IMG/VR virus record: IMGVR_UViG_3300034063_000636
Span: 44,215-108,214 of that record
Source of the DNA: a virus
DNA length: 64,000 bases
Strand: one strand, 5' to 3'
The notes below the pieces were generated by a model, which ran no database searches, was not told where the DNA came from, and saw nothing but the letters and a program-made list of their open reading frames with translations. Each line of letters starts with the position of its first letter. The first letter of the stretch is position 1. A program made the position numbers and the translations under genes. Shown here in pieces: positions 9,726 through 19,775 of the stretch.

Positions 9726-12700
9726 ATGGCAATAGATTTTAATGTAGAACCATTTTATGACGATTTTAATGCTTCGAACGGAGCCAAGGAACAGAACTAT
9801 GTTCGTATCTTGTTTCGTCCTGGGTATGCTGTACAGGCTCGCGAATTAACTCAAATTCAGAGCATTATTCAGAATCAGATTAAACAATTCGGTGACCACA
9901 TTTTTAAGAATGGATCTCCAGTTTTTGGCGGTCACATCACTTATGATCTAAATGTTCCTTACATTAAATTGCAAACTGCTTATAACGGTGCTGACGTCGA
10001 CGTGGAAGATTATGAGAACGCTGTTATTCGCAACATTGCTGGTACATCAAAGGCTAGAGCAAGAGTAATTGCCACAGACGATACTCAAACTTATCCAACA
10101 CTAATGGTTAAGTATTTGAGAGGCACTCGATTTATCGACAACGAAGTTATTTCGAACGCAGAATCAGGCGGTAACGAAGCAAAACTATTGGCTTCAAGCG
10201 CAACAGGAATTGGATCAGTTGCAACGATTCAACCTGGTGTGTTCTATGTTGACGGATACTTTGTTCAGGTTCCACAGCAATCAATCGTTTTAGATCCATA
10301 TGCAAGCACTCCGTCATATAAAGTCGGACTTGAAATCGTCGAAACAATTATTGACGAAAGTGCTGATGCAAATCTCCTCGATCCTGCTCAACAATCATTC
10401 AACTACCAAGCTCCTGGTGCGCATCGATACCAATTCTCTTTGGATCTTGCAAAAAGAGCATTAGATTCAGTTGATGACACGAAGTTCTTCGAACTATTGC
10501 GCATCGAAAATGGTGTCATTACAAAACAAGTCAAGTATCCAATTTACTCTGAACTTGAAAAGACACTTGCTCGTCGCACTTACGATGAGTCTGGCGATTA
10601 TACAGTAAGCCCATTTAAAGTCGCGTTTGAAGCAAATACATCAACTGCAGCTGGCAACACCGATAGTTTCATTGCTGTTGTCGCTCCAGGAAAAGCATAT
10701 GTAAAAGGATTTGAGTATGAGGCAATCGGTCCACAAAGACTTACGATTCCGAAAGCACGCACAACTCAAATCTCAACAGACTATGATCTGTCTTTAGAAT
10801 ATGGCAACTATTTGTATGCAAATTCAATCTTAGCATCAAATACTAGCGGATTCTTAAATTCAGCAAATCTACCAACACTCGAGTTGCACTGCGTTCCAAA
10901 GAACAGTGTCAATTTGACAAATGCTATTACTTACAACGCAACCTTTATGGGTAGCGCAAAATTAAAGCATATCACTCGAAATTCTGGAGAAGAATTTATT
11001 GTTTACTTGAGCGATATGCAATTAACATCGAACACCGTTACTGCTGGAACGACTGGTGCAAATACTCTTGCAATCAATTTCCCAGTCAACTATGCAAACA
11101 TCGCTAATGCATACCAAAATGTCTCAGTAAGAATTACTTCTGGTGCATCTTCTGGCGATGTTCGTCGTATTGTTGATTACAACTCAACAACAAGAGTTGG
11201 TGTTGTTGATGTTCCATTTACTGGATTGATTGGATCTGGTCAAACATTCTCGCTTCTATACAGCACTCGAGATATTGATTCTCTTATTCAAGCAAATGCA
11301 GCCAAAACAGCATTCAATGTTTCAATGAATGTTTCGAATAATAGTAAAGACGTCACTGGTCGAACTATTGTTTACGACTCAAATAGAAAAACTTTATTAT
11401 TCAAATTCCCAGATGTTCAAATTGAGCGTGGTTCAATTGACAATGCTGATTATGTGACAAATCGATTCTTCGAAGCGCAATCATTTAATTCAAGTGGTGT
11501 TTCAACGCTCACTTTGACTGGTAATGAAGTGCTCGATTTTGGATCTGACGGCAGCACGATTTCTTCCACACTACTTGGTCAAAATTTCATCTTTGTAATT
11601 AAAACTCTTGGGACTGCAACGGCATATAGCGGAAACTCTACTCCAGTTGCAAATGGACAAATCTTTACACCATCAAGTGTTACAAGAACGTCATCAACAG
11701 GGTTAAGTATCACCTCTGGAATCAATGGATCTTTCACTGCTGACATCTATGTCAGAGTCAAGATGGAAAATTCTGAGAACAGCGGAAACAATGTTCGTAG
11801 TAAGACAAGAGTTGGCAACGTTGCAAATACAACACTGTTGGCAACAGATAGTTACACGCCACACACTACAGTTACTGGATGCACTTCAGTTTATATTGAC
11901 TCTTCAAATGGTCGTATTTGGTTCACAGATCCAGCGAGTACAATTAATAAAACTTCTGGTGGCAACACATCACTCTATATTCCAGACGTTTATAAACTTA
12001 TTAAGGTTTATACTTCTGGAAATCCTGCATACATGCCGAACACGACAAATGCAATTGATGTGACAAATAACTTTATGCTTGATACTGGACAAACAGCAGA
12101 ATACTATGATCATTCTAAGTTAGTCCTCAAGCCAGGAAGAACAGCCCCAAGTGGTCAGACAGTGGTCTTTGTTGAATACTATCAACACGCCACAACAACT
12201 GGATACTTCAGCGTTGATTCTTATCCAGAGACACAGTATTCGAACGGTCAAATCGGTATCTTTAAATCTGGTGATGGTGTTGAATACGTTCTTAGAGATT
12301 GTATTGATTTCCGTCCAACGAGAACACTCGGAACAACAGCCAACACATTCTTCGGCGCAAGAATTCCATTACCATATGAGCCAATGGAATTGACTTATGA
12401 ATACTATCTCCCAAGAAGAGATAAGATTGTATTGACGTCGTCAAAAGAATTGAAGGTTGTCAGCGGTATTCCGAATAAAGATCCAAAGTATCCGCCAGAT
12501 CAAAGTGATGCTATGACTTTGTTTACGATGGATATTCCAGCCTACACAAGTTCACATACTCATGTCACAGCAAGAGCTCTTGATCATAAGAGATATACAA
12601 TGCGTGACATTGGTAAACTTGAACAGCGAATCAGAAACGTTGAATACTATTCTGCACTTACTTTAGCTGAAACAAAGGCTAAAGACTCTGCAATTCTATA

Positions 12701-13634
12701 TGAAGACAACGCAACGCAGAAAGAGAAGTATGGCATTATTGTAGACAACTTTACAGGGTTTAAAGTTGGTGATAGCACCAGTGGAGACTTTGTGTGCTCT
12801 ATTGATGGTGGTAAATTAAAACCATATGCTAAAACAACTAATATTAATTTAGTTCCACAATCTAAGACATACACAACGCCAGATTATCCAACCATGCCTA
12901 AGAAAGTCATGTGGACAATTCCTGGAACAGAAAAGATTATTAATGCTCAAACAGCGGCAACAAAAAACACTGCAATCATTCCACCAGTTCTTGCTGGTAA
13001 GTTTGAGGGTGATGTGCATTTGTTCCCATCAACGGATCATTACTATTCTGTGATGCTTCCACCTGTGCTCAATTCAGATACAGAAATTGTTCCACCACCA
13101 TCAATACATTATGTTCCAGAACTTATTAAATGTGATCCTCCAGTGAAATTTGTGGAACCACCACCTGTTATTGATGTTTACTCTCCAGTTCTTGATACTC
13201 GAGTTGAACCAGTATTGCCGCCAGCAGTACCAGTTCCAGCTATCGTCTTTGAGCCTGTAGCACCTCCAGCATACTTGATTCCAACTCAAACAGTGGATCC
13301 ACCAACAGCATATCCACAAATTGTGATGGATCCAGTTCCATATCCAGATCCAGCAACGATTGGTCAGGTTTTGGTACTTCCACAACCACCAGCTCCAGTG
13401 TCTCCACCAACTCCGCCACCAATCTACATTGACGGAGTGGGAACGATTTCATTAATCGATTTTGTGCCACCTCCACTAGATCCTATTCCAGCGGATATTA
13501 CGGGCTTGGCTCCAATCGTATCAACTGTTGATACCTGGTATGCTGCACCAGTTAGTACCGATCCAGAAATCTCCATCGGCGGTGGCGGAATGTTGAGAGA
13601 TCTTGTTTATGAAGATAGAATAGCATTACATTAA
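9726..13634 (+). CDS. Large virion structural protein (VrlC/DUF4815-like, N-terminal part) with Pro-rich C-terminal tail
   Basis: FNVEPFYDDF...ILFRPGYAVQARELTQIQS, APGAHRY, LARRTYDESGDY and YTMRDIGKLEQRI motifs typical of the large protein after gp8 in non-coliphage T4-like phages. Confidence 0.75.
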   Translation: MAIDFNVEPFYDDFNASNGAKEQNYVRILFRPGYAVQARELTQIQSIIQNQIKQFGDHIFKNGSPVFGGHITYDLNVPYIKLQTAYNGADVDVEDYENAVIRNIAGTSKARARVIATDDTQTYPTLMVKYLRGTRFIDNEVISNAESGGNEAKLLASSATGIGSVATIQPGVFYVDGYFVQVPQQSIVLDPYASTPSYKVGLEIVETIIDESADANLLDPAQQSFNYQAPGAHRYQFSLDLAKRALDSVDDTKFFELLRIENGVITKQVKYPIYSELEKTLARRTYDESGDYTVSPFKVAFEANTSTAAGNTDSFIAVVAPGKAYVKGFEYEAIGPQRLTIPKARTTQISTDYDLSLEYGNYLYANSILASNTSGFLNSANLPTLELHCVPKNSVNLTNAITYNATFMGSAKLKHITRNSGEEFIVYLSDMQLTSNTVTAGTTGANTLAINFPVNYANIANAYQNVSVRITSGASSGDVRRIVDYNSTTRVGVVDVPFTGLIGSGQTFSLLYSTRDIDSLIQANAAKTAFNVSMNVSNNSKDVTGRTIVYDSNRKTLLFKFPDVQIERGSIDNADYVTNRFFEAQSFNSSGVSTLTLTGNEVLDFGSDGSTISSTLLGQNFIFVIKTLGTATAYSGNSTPVANGQIFTPSSVTRTSSTGLSITSGINGSFTADIYVRVKMENSENSGNNVRSKTRVGNVANTTLLATDSYTPHTTVTGCTSVYIDSSNGRIWFTDPASTINKTSGGNTSLYIPDVYKLIKVYTSGNPAYMPNTTNAIDVTNNFMLDTGQTAEYYDHSKLVLKPGRTAPSGQTVVFVEYYQHATTTGYFSVDSYPETQYSNGQIGIFKSGDGVEYVLRDCIDFRPTRTLGTTANTFFGARIPLPYEPMELTYEYYLPRRDKIVLTSSKELKVVSGIPNKDPKYPPDQSDAMTLFTMDIPAYTSSHTHVTARALDHKRYTMRDIGKLEQRIRNVEYYSALTLAETKAKDSAILYEDNATQKEKYGIIVDNFTGFKVGDSTSGDFVCSIDGGKLKPYAKTTNINLVPQSKTYTTPDYPTMPKKVMWTIPGTEKIINAQTAATKNTAIIPPVLAGKFEGDVHLFPSTDHYYSVMLPPVLNSDTEIVPPPSIHYVPELIKCDPPVKFVEPPPVIDVYSPVLDTRVEPVLPPAVPVPAIVFEPVAPPAYLIPTQTVDPPTAYPQIVMDPVPYPDPATIGQVLVLPQPPAPVSPPTPPPIYIDGVGTISLIDFVPPPLDPIPADITGLAPIVSTVDTWYAAPVSTDPEISIGGGGMLRDLVYEDRIALH

Positions 13635-13649
13635 TTAGGGATACCAATT

Positions 13650-16499
13650 ATGGGATATATACCAAGAACAATTTTTGAGCCTTCTATTCGACGCCAGTAC
13701 GAGGACGTTGGGCTACAAAGAACACTCGGGTTCGTTAACGATGACATGCAAACGTCATTTCAAGACAATGAGTCGCAAAGAGCCCAGTATACTCGCTTCA
13801 TGCGAAATCAAGAAATCACATTTGTTTCAAATGGTTTATGTCCAGACGCTAATGCAAATATTTTCTTCGATAAGGTCAACGTAAATCGCTTTACGCAAAA
13901 GGCGAACAAACTGACTGTGACGAATATGTCAGTGCCGTTCTTTCAAGATGAAGAAATTATCAATTCAACAACTAATGCGTACGCAAAAGTTCTAACATCT
14001 TCGAATAACTTCGTTTATGTTAATGAAAACTTTATTAATGTGAATATTGCTCCATATGGATCTAACTCATTGAGTACAACCACAGGAGTTAATTTAACTG
14101 TGGTTTATGAAGATGACGTCATCTATCAAACATCATCTAACAATTATTCTGGTCCAATTACTTTTGCTGGAACTGTTGAGCGTTACGAAAGAACAACCAA
14201 TCAACATGCCTATCTTGTAATCAAGCCTATTGCTGGATCATTTAGAAAATTCTCAGCCAATTCAGTAATTTTCTTTAGAGACGATAACTCAAAGAGAGTG
14301 AATGTTGCTGCAGTTCAAACAGCAGGCAACAATTTCCCAGCAGGATCAACAATCTATAGTAAGCGAGATATTACAAAAACAGCAAACGTTGCTTCGCATA
14401 ATCATTACTCTGGTGTAGTGTCGTATGCAAGCAGCAATAGCACAACTGAGATTCATCTATCTGGAAATGTTGCTCCTGCTGTTGGTGAGACACTTAGAAT
14501 TGCCTCAGGAGCTGGTATTGCTTCTGAAAGAACAATCAATAGCGTTTCTTCAAATGGATTTATGGTCACATTGAATGCTGCAGTGTCAGTAACATCCAAC
14601 TCCAAATATTCTTATGGAAAGCATGAAGTTGATGATTTTGGTGTTCTTGCTGGTTTGTTCCATATTCCAGAAGTTTCTGATGCGTATTTCTCAGCTGGCA
14701 AGAGACTTCTTACGATCACTGACGCTGCATCTAGCGACAGTACAGATTATAAGATGAGAGCATTTAACTATTACTCTGTAGTGGGTAATATGGGTCTCAT
14801 GTCTGATTATGCAAGAGTCGCATATGACACAATTGCGCCTTCGAAAGAAGTTGCACTTAATGCTAATGACATTTTAAAGAATAATAGAAAGTTCTTCCCA
14901 CTTTCTCAAACATTCTTTACTCCATCATCATCAAATACTCACTCAGATGGCATCACATCAGAATTTAACGTACTGCAAATTAGTGGTATTGATTTGTTCT
15001 TTGCTGAGAAACCAACCAGTGGTGATTTACAGCTTCCTGTAAAAGTTACGATCAATGAAGTGGAAAACGATCTTCCATCTACGAAGGTTCTTGGTCAAAG
15101 CATCGTCGAAGCAAAAGATATTAATACCTCATTGATTCCAGACTCATCTCAGATTACAACAGTGACAACATTTAGATTCTCTCCACCAGTCATCGTGAAG
15201 CCATCTAAAGAGTATGCGATCACAGTGTCAACTTCTTCACCAGACTACGCATTGTTTGTTGCAGAAGTTGGTGGAGAAATTCTAGGAACAACTCCTGCAA
15301 GAAGAGTCTCAGAGCAACCATATATTGGAGATCTCTTCAAGGCGCAAAATGCATCAAATTGGTCACCAATCCCGAACGAGGATTTGATGTTCCGTGTTCG
15401 TTATGCAAATTGGAGTGGTGCAACATCAAATACGATCACCTTTGTTCCAGAGAATATTCTATCTAATGTTAATGTTGACTCTATTTTGATTCACAGCACA
15501 GATTATAATTTCAAGCCAACAAGCATCAATTATGCGTTTAAGACAACGAACATCGATGGATCGTTTGATGATGGTTGGAAAAATGTTAGACCAGGAAAGA
15601 TCTTTGACTTCAGCGAAGATTTTGAGACATCTACAAAATCATCTAATCGCAGAAGAAGAATCATTGCAGGTAATAATGAATCGCTACTTGTGAAGGCAGA
15701 TTTGTCAACTACTGATGAAAACATTGCACCATTGGTTGACATGGAAAGAATCAGTGCGGTTGCCTTTGAATATATTATCAATGATGCTGGTATTTCTGCA
15801 TCTGATATTACCTTTACAAATCTTGGTAGACATTCAAATGTGTCCAATATCACCATCACTTTCTCTGCACCTGATCGTTCAGACGGCGTGACTGCAAATG
15901 CTTATGTTGCTGCTCTTGTAAATGCAACTTCGTATGTGTCAAATACATTCCCTTCATATTCTGCCAATATTGCGATGATTGTAGTTGACGAACCAGGCTC
16001 TGGGTATTATACTGCTCCTACGATCACAATTTCTGAGGTCGGAAGTACAGATAATGCGACAGCTGTCGTTGCTGGTGAAAATGGAGCATCAGGTGGTAAC
16101 TGTAAGGCGAAGTATGTAACAAAAACAATTACTCTTGCTGACGGATTCGATGCTGGCGATATTCGAGTTTACTTGGATTGCAATCGCCCTGTTGGCACAG
16201 ATGTGAATGTTTATTATAAGGTCAAGTCTGGAGACGATACAGATCCATTCGAAAATAAAAAATGGCAACGTATGTCAAAAGTCAATGATAATTTCTCGAA
16301 GGATCAAAATCAGGTCATCGAGTTAGAATATCGTGCAAGTCTTGATGTAAATAGAGTTTCTTATGTTGAGAATGGCGTGACTTATCCGCTTGGTGGGAAG
16401 TTTAAATACTATGCAATCAAGATCGTGATGACTGCTGCCAGTTCATCTGTCATCCCTTATATCGCAAACTTTAGAGCAATTGCAACTCCTGCAGGTTGA
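13650..16499 (+). CDS. Large virion structural protein (VrlC/DUF4815-like, C-terminal part)
   Basis: PLSQTFF, IDLFFAEK, FRFSPPV, GDLFKAQNAS.W...EDLMF, KYVTKTITL and terminal FRAIA motifs. Confidence 0.7.
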   Translation: MGYIPRTIFEPSIRRQYEDVGLQRTLGFVNDDMQTSFQDNESQRAQYTRFMRNQEITFVSNGLCPDANANIFFDKVNVNRFTQKANKLTVTNMSVPFFQDEEIINSTTNAYAKVLTSSNNFVYVNENFINVNIAPYGSNSLSTTTGVNLTVVYEDDVIYQTSSNNYSGPITFAGTVERYERTTNQHAYLVIKPIAGSFRKFSANSVIFFRDDNSKRVNVAAVQTAGNNFPAGSTIYSKRDITKTANVASHNHYSGVVSYASSNSTTEIHLSGNVAPAVGETLRIASGAGIASERTINSVSSNGFMVTLNAAVSVTSNSKYSYGKHEVDDFGVLAGLFHIPEVSDAYFSAGKRLLTITDAASSDSTDYKMRAFNYYSVVGNMGLMSDYARVAYDTIAPSKEVALNANDILKNNRKFFPLSQTFFTPSSSNTHSDGITSEFNVLQISGIDLFFAEKPTSGDLQLPVKVTINEVENDLPSTKVLGQSIVEAKDINTSLIPDSSQITTVTTFRFSPPVIVKPSKEYAITVSTSSPDYALFVAEVGGEILGTTPARRVSEQPYIGDLFKAQNASNWSPIPNEDLMFRVRYANWSGATSNTITFVPENILSNVNVDSILIHSTDYNFKPTSINYAFKTTNIDGSFDDGWKNVRPGKIFDFSEDFETSTKSSNRRRRIIAGNNESLLVKADLSTTDENIAPLVDMERISAVAFEYIINDAGISASDITFTNLGRHSNVSNITITFSAPDRSDGVTANAYVAALVNATSYVSNTFPSYSANIAMIVVDEPGSGYYTAPTITISEVGSTDNATAVVAGENGASGGNCKAKYVTKTITLADGFDAGDIRVYLDCNRPVGTDVNVYYKVKSGDDTDPFENKKWQRMSKVNDNFSKDQNQVIELEYRASLDVNRVSYVENGVTYPLGGKFKYYAIKIVMTAASSSVIPYIANFRAIATPAG

Positions 16500-16501
16500 T
16501 C

Positions 16502-16726
16502 ATGTTAGTTAAGATAAAAGACAATGATGATCTTGCAAGAGATGTGAAGTCAAGAGCAATCTTGAATGTTAATAAAAACGTTTTGCTTAAAGATCAGATG
16601 TATCAAGAGAAACTAAAGAAACAACAAGAGGTAGAGTCCTCAATAAATACTCTCAGAGAAGAAGTATCTTCGATTAAAGGCGACATTTCTAAGATTCTAG
16701 AAATGTTGAGTTCCAGAGGTAAATAA
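16502..16726 (+). CDS. Small coiled-coil phage protein
   Basis: LARDVKSRAILN followed by a heptad segment (INTLREEVSSIKGDISKILEML). ATG at 16502 preferred over TTG at 16496. Confidence 0.75.
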   Translation: MLVKIKDNDDLARDVKSRAILNVNKNVLLKDQMYQEKLKKQQEVESSINTLREEVSSIKGDISKILEMLSSRGK

Positions 16727-17769
16727 TGGCGAACACAAATATTTCACATGTCCAATTAGTGAACACCTTTAATGAGTGGCGTGCAGCAACTAATGACTTA
16801 ATTGAAGATAGAAATATTCTTCGAAATGCTCATTATGTCAAAGATAATTCTTCTTTTGACATTGCAAACGGAACCATGACGATCAGCCGTTCAAGCAACG
16901 GCACAGTTCTAACAGTCGCAAACTCTGGTAACGTTGCTGTCGGTGGTTGGGTCAATGCAAATACTCTTGCAACAAACTCAGAACTCTGGTTTGGATTAAG
17001 AACTAGCGACATTGCTTCTGTCATTAAGATGACACAAGAGCCAGCAAATACTGTAGAGGCTGGAAACGCAACTTGGTATACTGCAAATCAGAAATCAAAT
17101 AATCCATATTACGGATTCACCTTCCACTCCAATGGCACAATGGTCATTGCGAATGAAGAGGAGAATGCAACTCAAGTGGTTGTCATCGGTGACTCTGCTT
17201 ACAATGTTTCTCCGACCAAAAATGGTACGATTTTTGGTGTCAGTACAATCGTTGGAACATCAGCACCAACAACAGGATATGAATCTGGTTGGCAACCCGT
17301 TCTAGACCTTCGAAGCAATTCTCTATTCATCATGCCAGTTGCTTCTGCAAATGCAGGCAATTGTTTGTATTACAACGTAACAACTGGCGAAATCACATAC
17401 TCAACTGCGCCAAGCGGTAATGTTCTTGCTGGTGATCCAATTCTAATCAACACTGCAGTTGATTCTGCAAACACTGTAAGACTAAATGTGTCAAACTGGT
17501 TCAAGTATACATTGACAGGATCATCTGGCAATCGTAATTTGACATTCACAAATCCTCCTGCTTCTGGCAATGCATATACGTTCACAATGATTGTGATTCA
17601 AGATGGAACAGGCGGTAAAACTCCAAATTGGACAAATACAGTGTATTGGGCTGGTGGACAAATTCCTCCGCCAACAACTGACGCAAGCGCACAGGATATC
17701 TGGACATTTACCACATATGATGGTGGAACAACATATATTGGCACACTTGCTGTTAAAGACGCGAGATAA
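16726..17769 (+). CDS. Tail fibre / adhesin stalk protein
   Basis: N-terminal NTFNEWR..TN motif; C-terminal domain (IQDGTGG..W...VYWAGG..P......DIWTF) resembles the C-terminus of 35757..37769. Confidence 0.7.
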   Translation: MANTNISHVQLVNTFNEWRAATNDLIEDRNILRNAHYVKDNSSFDIANGTMTISRSSNGTVLTVANSGNVAVGGWVNANTLATNSELWFGLRTSDIASVIKMTQEPANTVEAGNATWYTANQKSNNPYYGFTFHSNGTMVIANEEENATQVVVIGDSAYNVSPTKNGTIFGVSTIVGTSAPTTGYESGWQPVLDLRSNSLFIMPVASANAGNCLYYNVTTGEITYSTAPSGNVLAGDPILINTAVDSANTVRLNVSNWFKYTLTGSSGNRNLTFTNPPASGNAYTFTMIVIQDGTGGKTPNWTNTVYWAGGQIPPPTTDASAQDIWTFTTYDGGTTYIGTLAVKDAR

Positions 17770-17771
17770 TC

Positions 17772-19721
17772 ATGCCGAATAGTTTTGGCTTAAACAAAAC
17801 TTGGATTCCTGGTCCTTCCAGAGGAACAACGACATTCAATACTACTGGCAATATTAATATTGCTTATGGTAGAAATAAAACCACAGTTTCAGGTCGTGGT
17901 GGTTCTGGTTCAGGTGCTTCATACAACACTGTTCCAGGAACAACTAATCCCACTACATTTCCATACACACCAGCATCGTATAATACGGTTCCTGGAAATT
18001 TAAATCCAACAACTTATCCGTTTACTCCAGCATCATATAATACAGTGCCTGGAACGACAAATCCTACAACGTTTCCCTTTGTTCCTGCTAGTTATAATAC
18101 TGTGCCTGGAAATACAAATCCACCAAACTATCCTTACACACCAGATAGTTACAACACTGTTCCTGGAACAACCAATCCAACAGTGTATCCATATACTCCA
18201 GAAAGTTATAACACTGTTCCAGGAAATAGTAATCCGCCAAATTATCCATTTACTCCTGAATCATACAATACAGTGCCAGGAAACTTAAATCCAACCAATT
18301 ATCCATACACACCAGCTTCGTACAATACAGTTCCTGGAAACACTAATCCAACTAACTACCCATTCGTTCCTGCATCATATAATACTGTTCCTGGTAATTT
18401 GAATCCAACAGTGTATCCATATACACCAGAGAGTTACAACACTGTTCCTGGAAATACAAATCCAACAAACTATCCATATACACCAGCTTCCTATAATACT
18501 GTTCCTGGAAATACTAATCCAACTAACTATCCATATACCCCAGAAAGTTATAACACAGTTCCTGGAAATACAAATCCAACGAATTATCCGTACACTCCAG
18601 AGAGTTATAACACTGTAACAAACTATCCATATACTCCAGGCTCATATAACGCACCAACAGGTGTTAGTTGGAATTTGACTGCAATCGGACCAAGTTACGG
18701 TGGTGTTGCAACAATAATTGGTGACGGATTTGATACAAATTGCCCATCACCATATAGCACACCAACTCCGTTTGGTCCAGACGAATTCACATATGAATGT
18801 TTCCCAGCTGGAAATACTGAAAATCCTGCGAGTTATAACACAGTTACCAATTATCCATATACACCTGCGTCGTATAATACAGTTCCAGGAAATGTAAATC
18901 CAACCAATTATCCGTTTACCCCTGCATCGTACAATACAGTCCCAGGAAATTTAAATCCAACGAACTATCCTTATGTTCCTGCAAGTTATAACACTGTTCC
19001 TGGCAATTTAAATCCAACCAATTATCCATACACACCAGCATCGTATAATACAGTTCCTGGAAACTTAAATCCAACGAACTATCCTTATGTTCCTGCAAGT
19101 TATAACACTGTTCCAGGAAATGTAAATCCGACAGTGTATCCATATACTCCAGAAAGTTATAATACAGTTCCTGGTAACTTGAATCCGACTAATTATCCGT
19201 TTACTCCTGCATCGTATAATACGGTTCCTGGTAACAGCAATCCACCAACTTATCCATACACACCAGCGTCTTACAATACTGTTCCTGGGACAACAAATCC
19301 AACCAATTATCCGTATACACCAGCATCGTATAACACAGTATCAGGAAACTTAAATCCAACCAATTATCCATTCGTTCCTGCAAGTTATAACACGGTTCCA
19401 GGAACGACAAATCCACCGTCGTATCCATTCGTGCCTGCAAGTTATAATACTGTGCCAGGAACAACAAATCCAACAGTGTATCCATTCGTCCCTGCAAGTT
19501 ATAATACTGTGCCAGGAACAACAAATCCAACAGTGTATCCATTTACTCCAGGAGTTCCTGGAACACCAACAACTGTTCTTGGTGTATACTTCCCAGGCGG
19601 TGTTGCTGGCGTTGCTCCATATGTTCCAGAAACTGTAGTGAATTATTGGGACTATCCAGATAATGCGACCTATCCAGTCACTGTTCCAACAGGTGCATAC
19701 ATAGTAGTGAAGATTGAATAA
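17772..19721 (+). CDS. Pro/Tyr/Thr/Asn-rich symmetric tandem-repeat protein (putative hairpin fibre)
   Basis: 49 aa head + 12x19 aa + 13 aa + 63 aa unique core (2 Cys) + 13 aa + 12x19 aa + 55 aa tail = 649 aa. Confidence 0.85.
   Translation: MPNSFGLNKTWIPGPSRGTTTFNTTGNINIAYGRNKTTVSGRGGSGSGASYNTVPGTTNPTTFPYTPASYNTVPGNLNPTTYPFTPASYNTVPGTTNPTTFPFVPASYNTVPGNTNPPNYPYTPDSYNTVPGTTNPTVYPYTPESYNTVPGNSNPPNYPFTPESYNTVPGNLNPTNYPYTPASYNTVPGNTNPTNYPFVPASYNTVPGNLNPTVYPYTPESYNTVPGNTNPTNYPYTPASYNTVPGNTNPTNYPYTPESYNTVPGNTNPTNYPYTPESYNTVTNYPYTPGSYNAPTGVSWNLTAIGPSYGGVATIIGDGFDTNCPSPYSTPTPFGPDEFTYECFPAGNTENPASYNTVTNYPYTPASYNTVPGNVNPTNYPFTPASYNTVPGNLNPTNYPYVPASYNTVPGNLNPTNYPYTPASYNTVPGNLNPTNYPYVPASYNTVPGNVNPTVYPYTPESYNTVPGNLNPTNYPFTPASYNTVPGNSNPPTYPYTPASYNTVPGTTNPTNYPYTPASYNTVSGNLNPTNYPFVPASYNTVPGTTNPPSYPFVPASYNTVPGTTNPTVYPFVPASYNTVPGTTNPTVYPFTPGVPGTPTTVLGVYFPGGVAGVAPYVPETVVNYWDYPDNATYPVTVPTGAYIVVKIE
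17919..19553 (+). repeat. 57-bp coding tandem repeat, two arrays of 12 units
   Basis: Unit SYNTVPG(N/T)xNP(T/P)xYP(Y/F)(T/V)P(A/E), mostly diverged at synonymous sites; interrupted by the unique core at about 18642-18830. Confidence 0.95.
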
Positions 19722-19723
19722 AC

Positions 19724-19752
19724 TTGAAATTTTTTATAGATTGTAGTATAAT
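19724..19752 (+). promoter_or_regulatory. Sigma70-type promoter
   Basis: TTGAAA (19724-29), 17 bp spacer, TATAAT (19747-52); then GGAG RBS and ATG at 19776. Confidence 0.75.
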
Positions 19753-19775
19753 GATTTAAATCTTGGAGTTATATT

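Noticed and set aside
17919-19553. 57-bp periodic repeat as a CRISPR array
   Set aside because: No unique spacers, variation is mostly synonymous within one ORF, and there are no cas genes.
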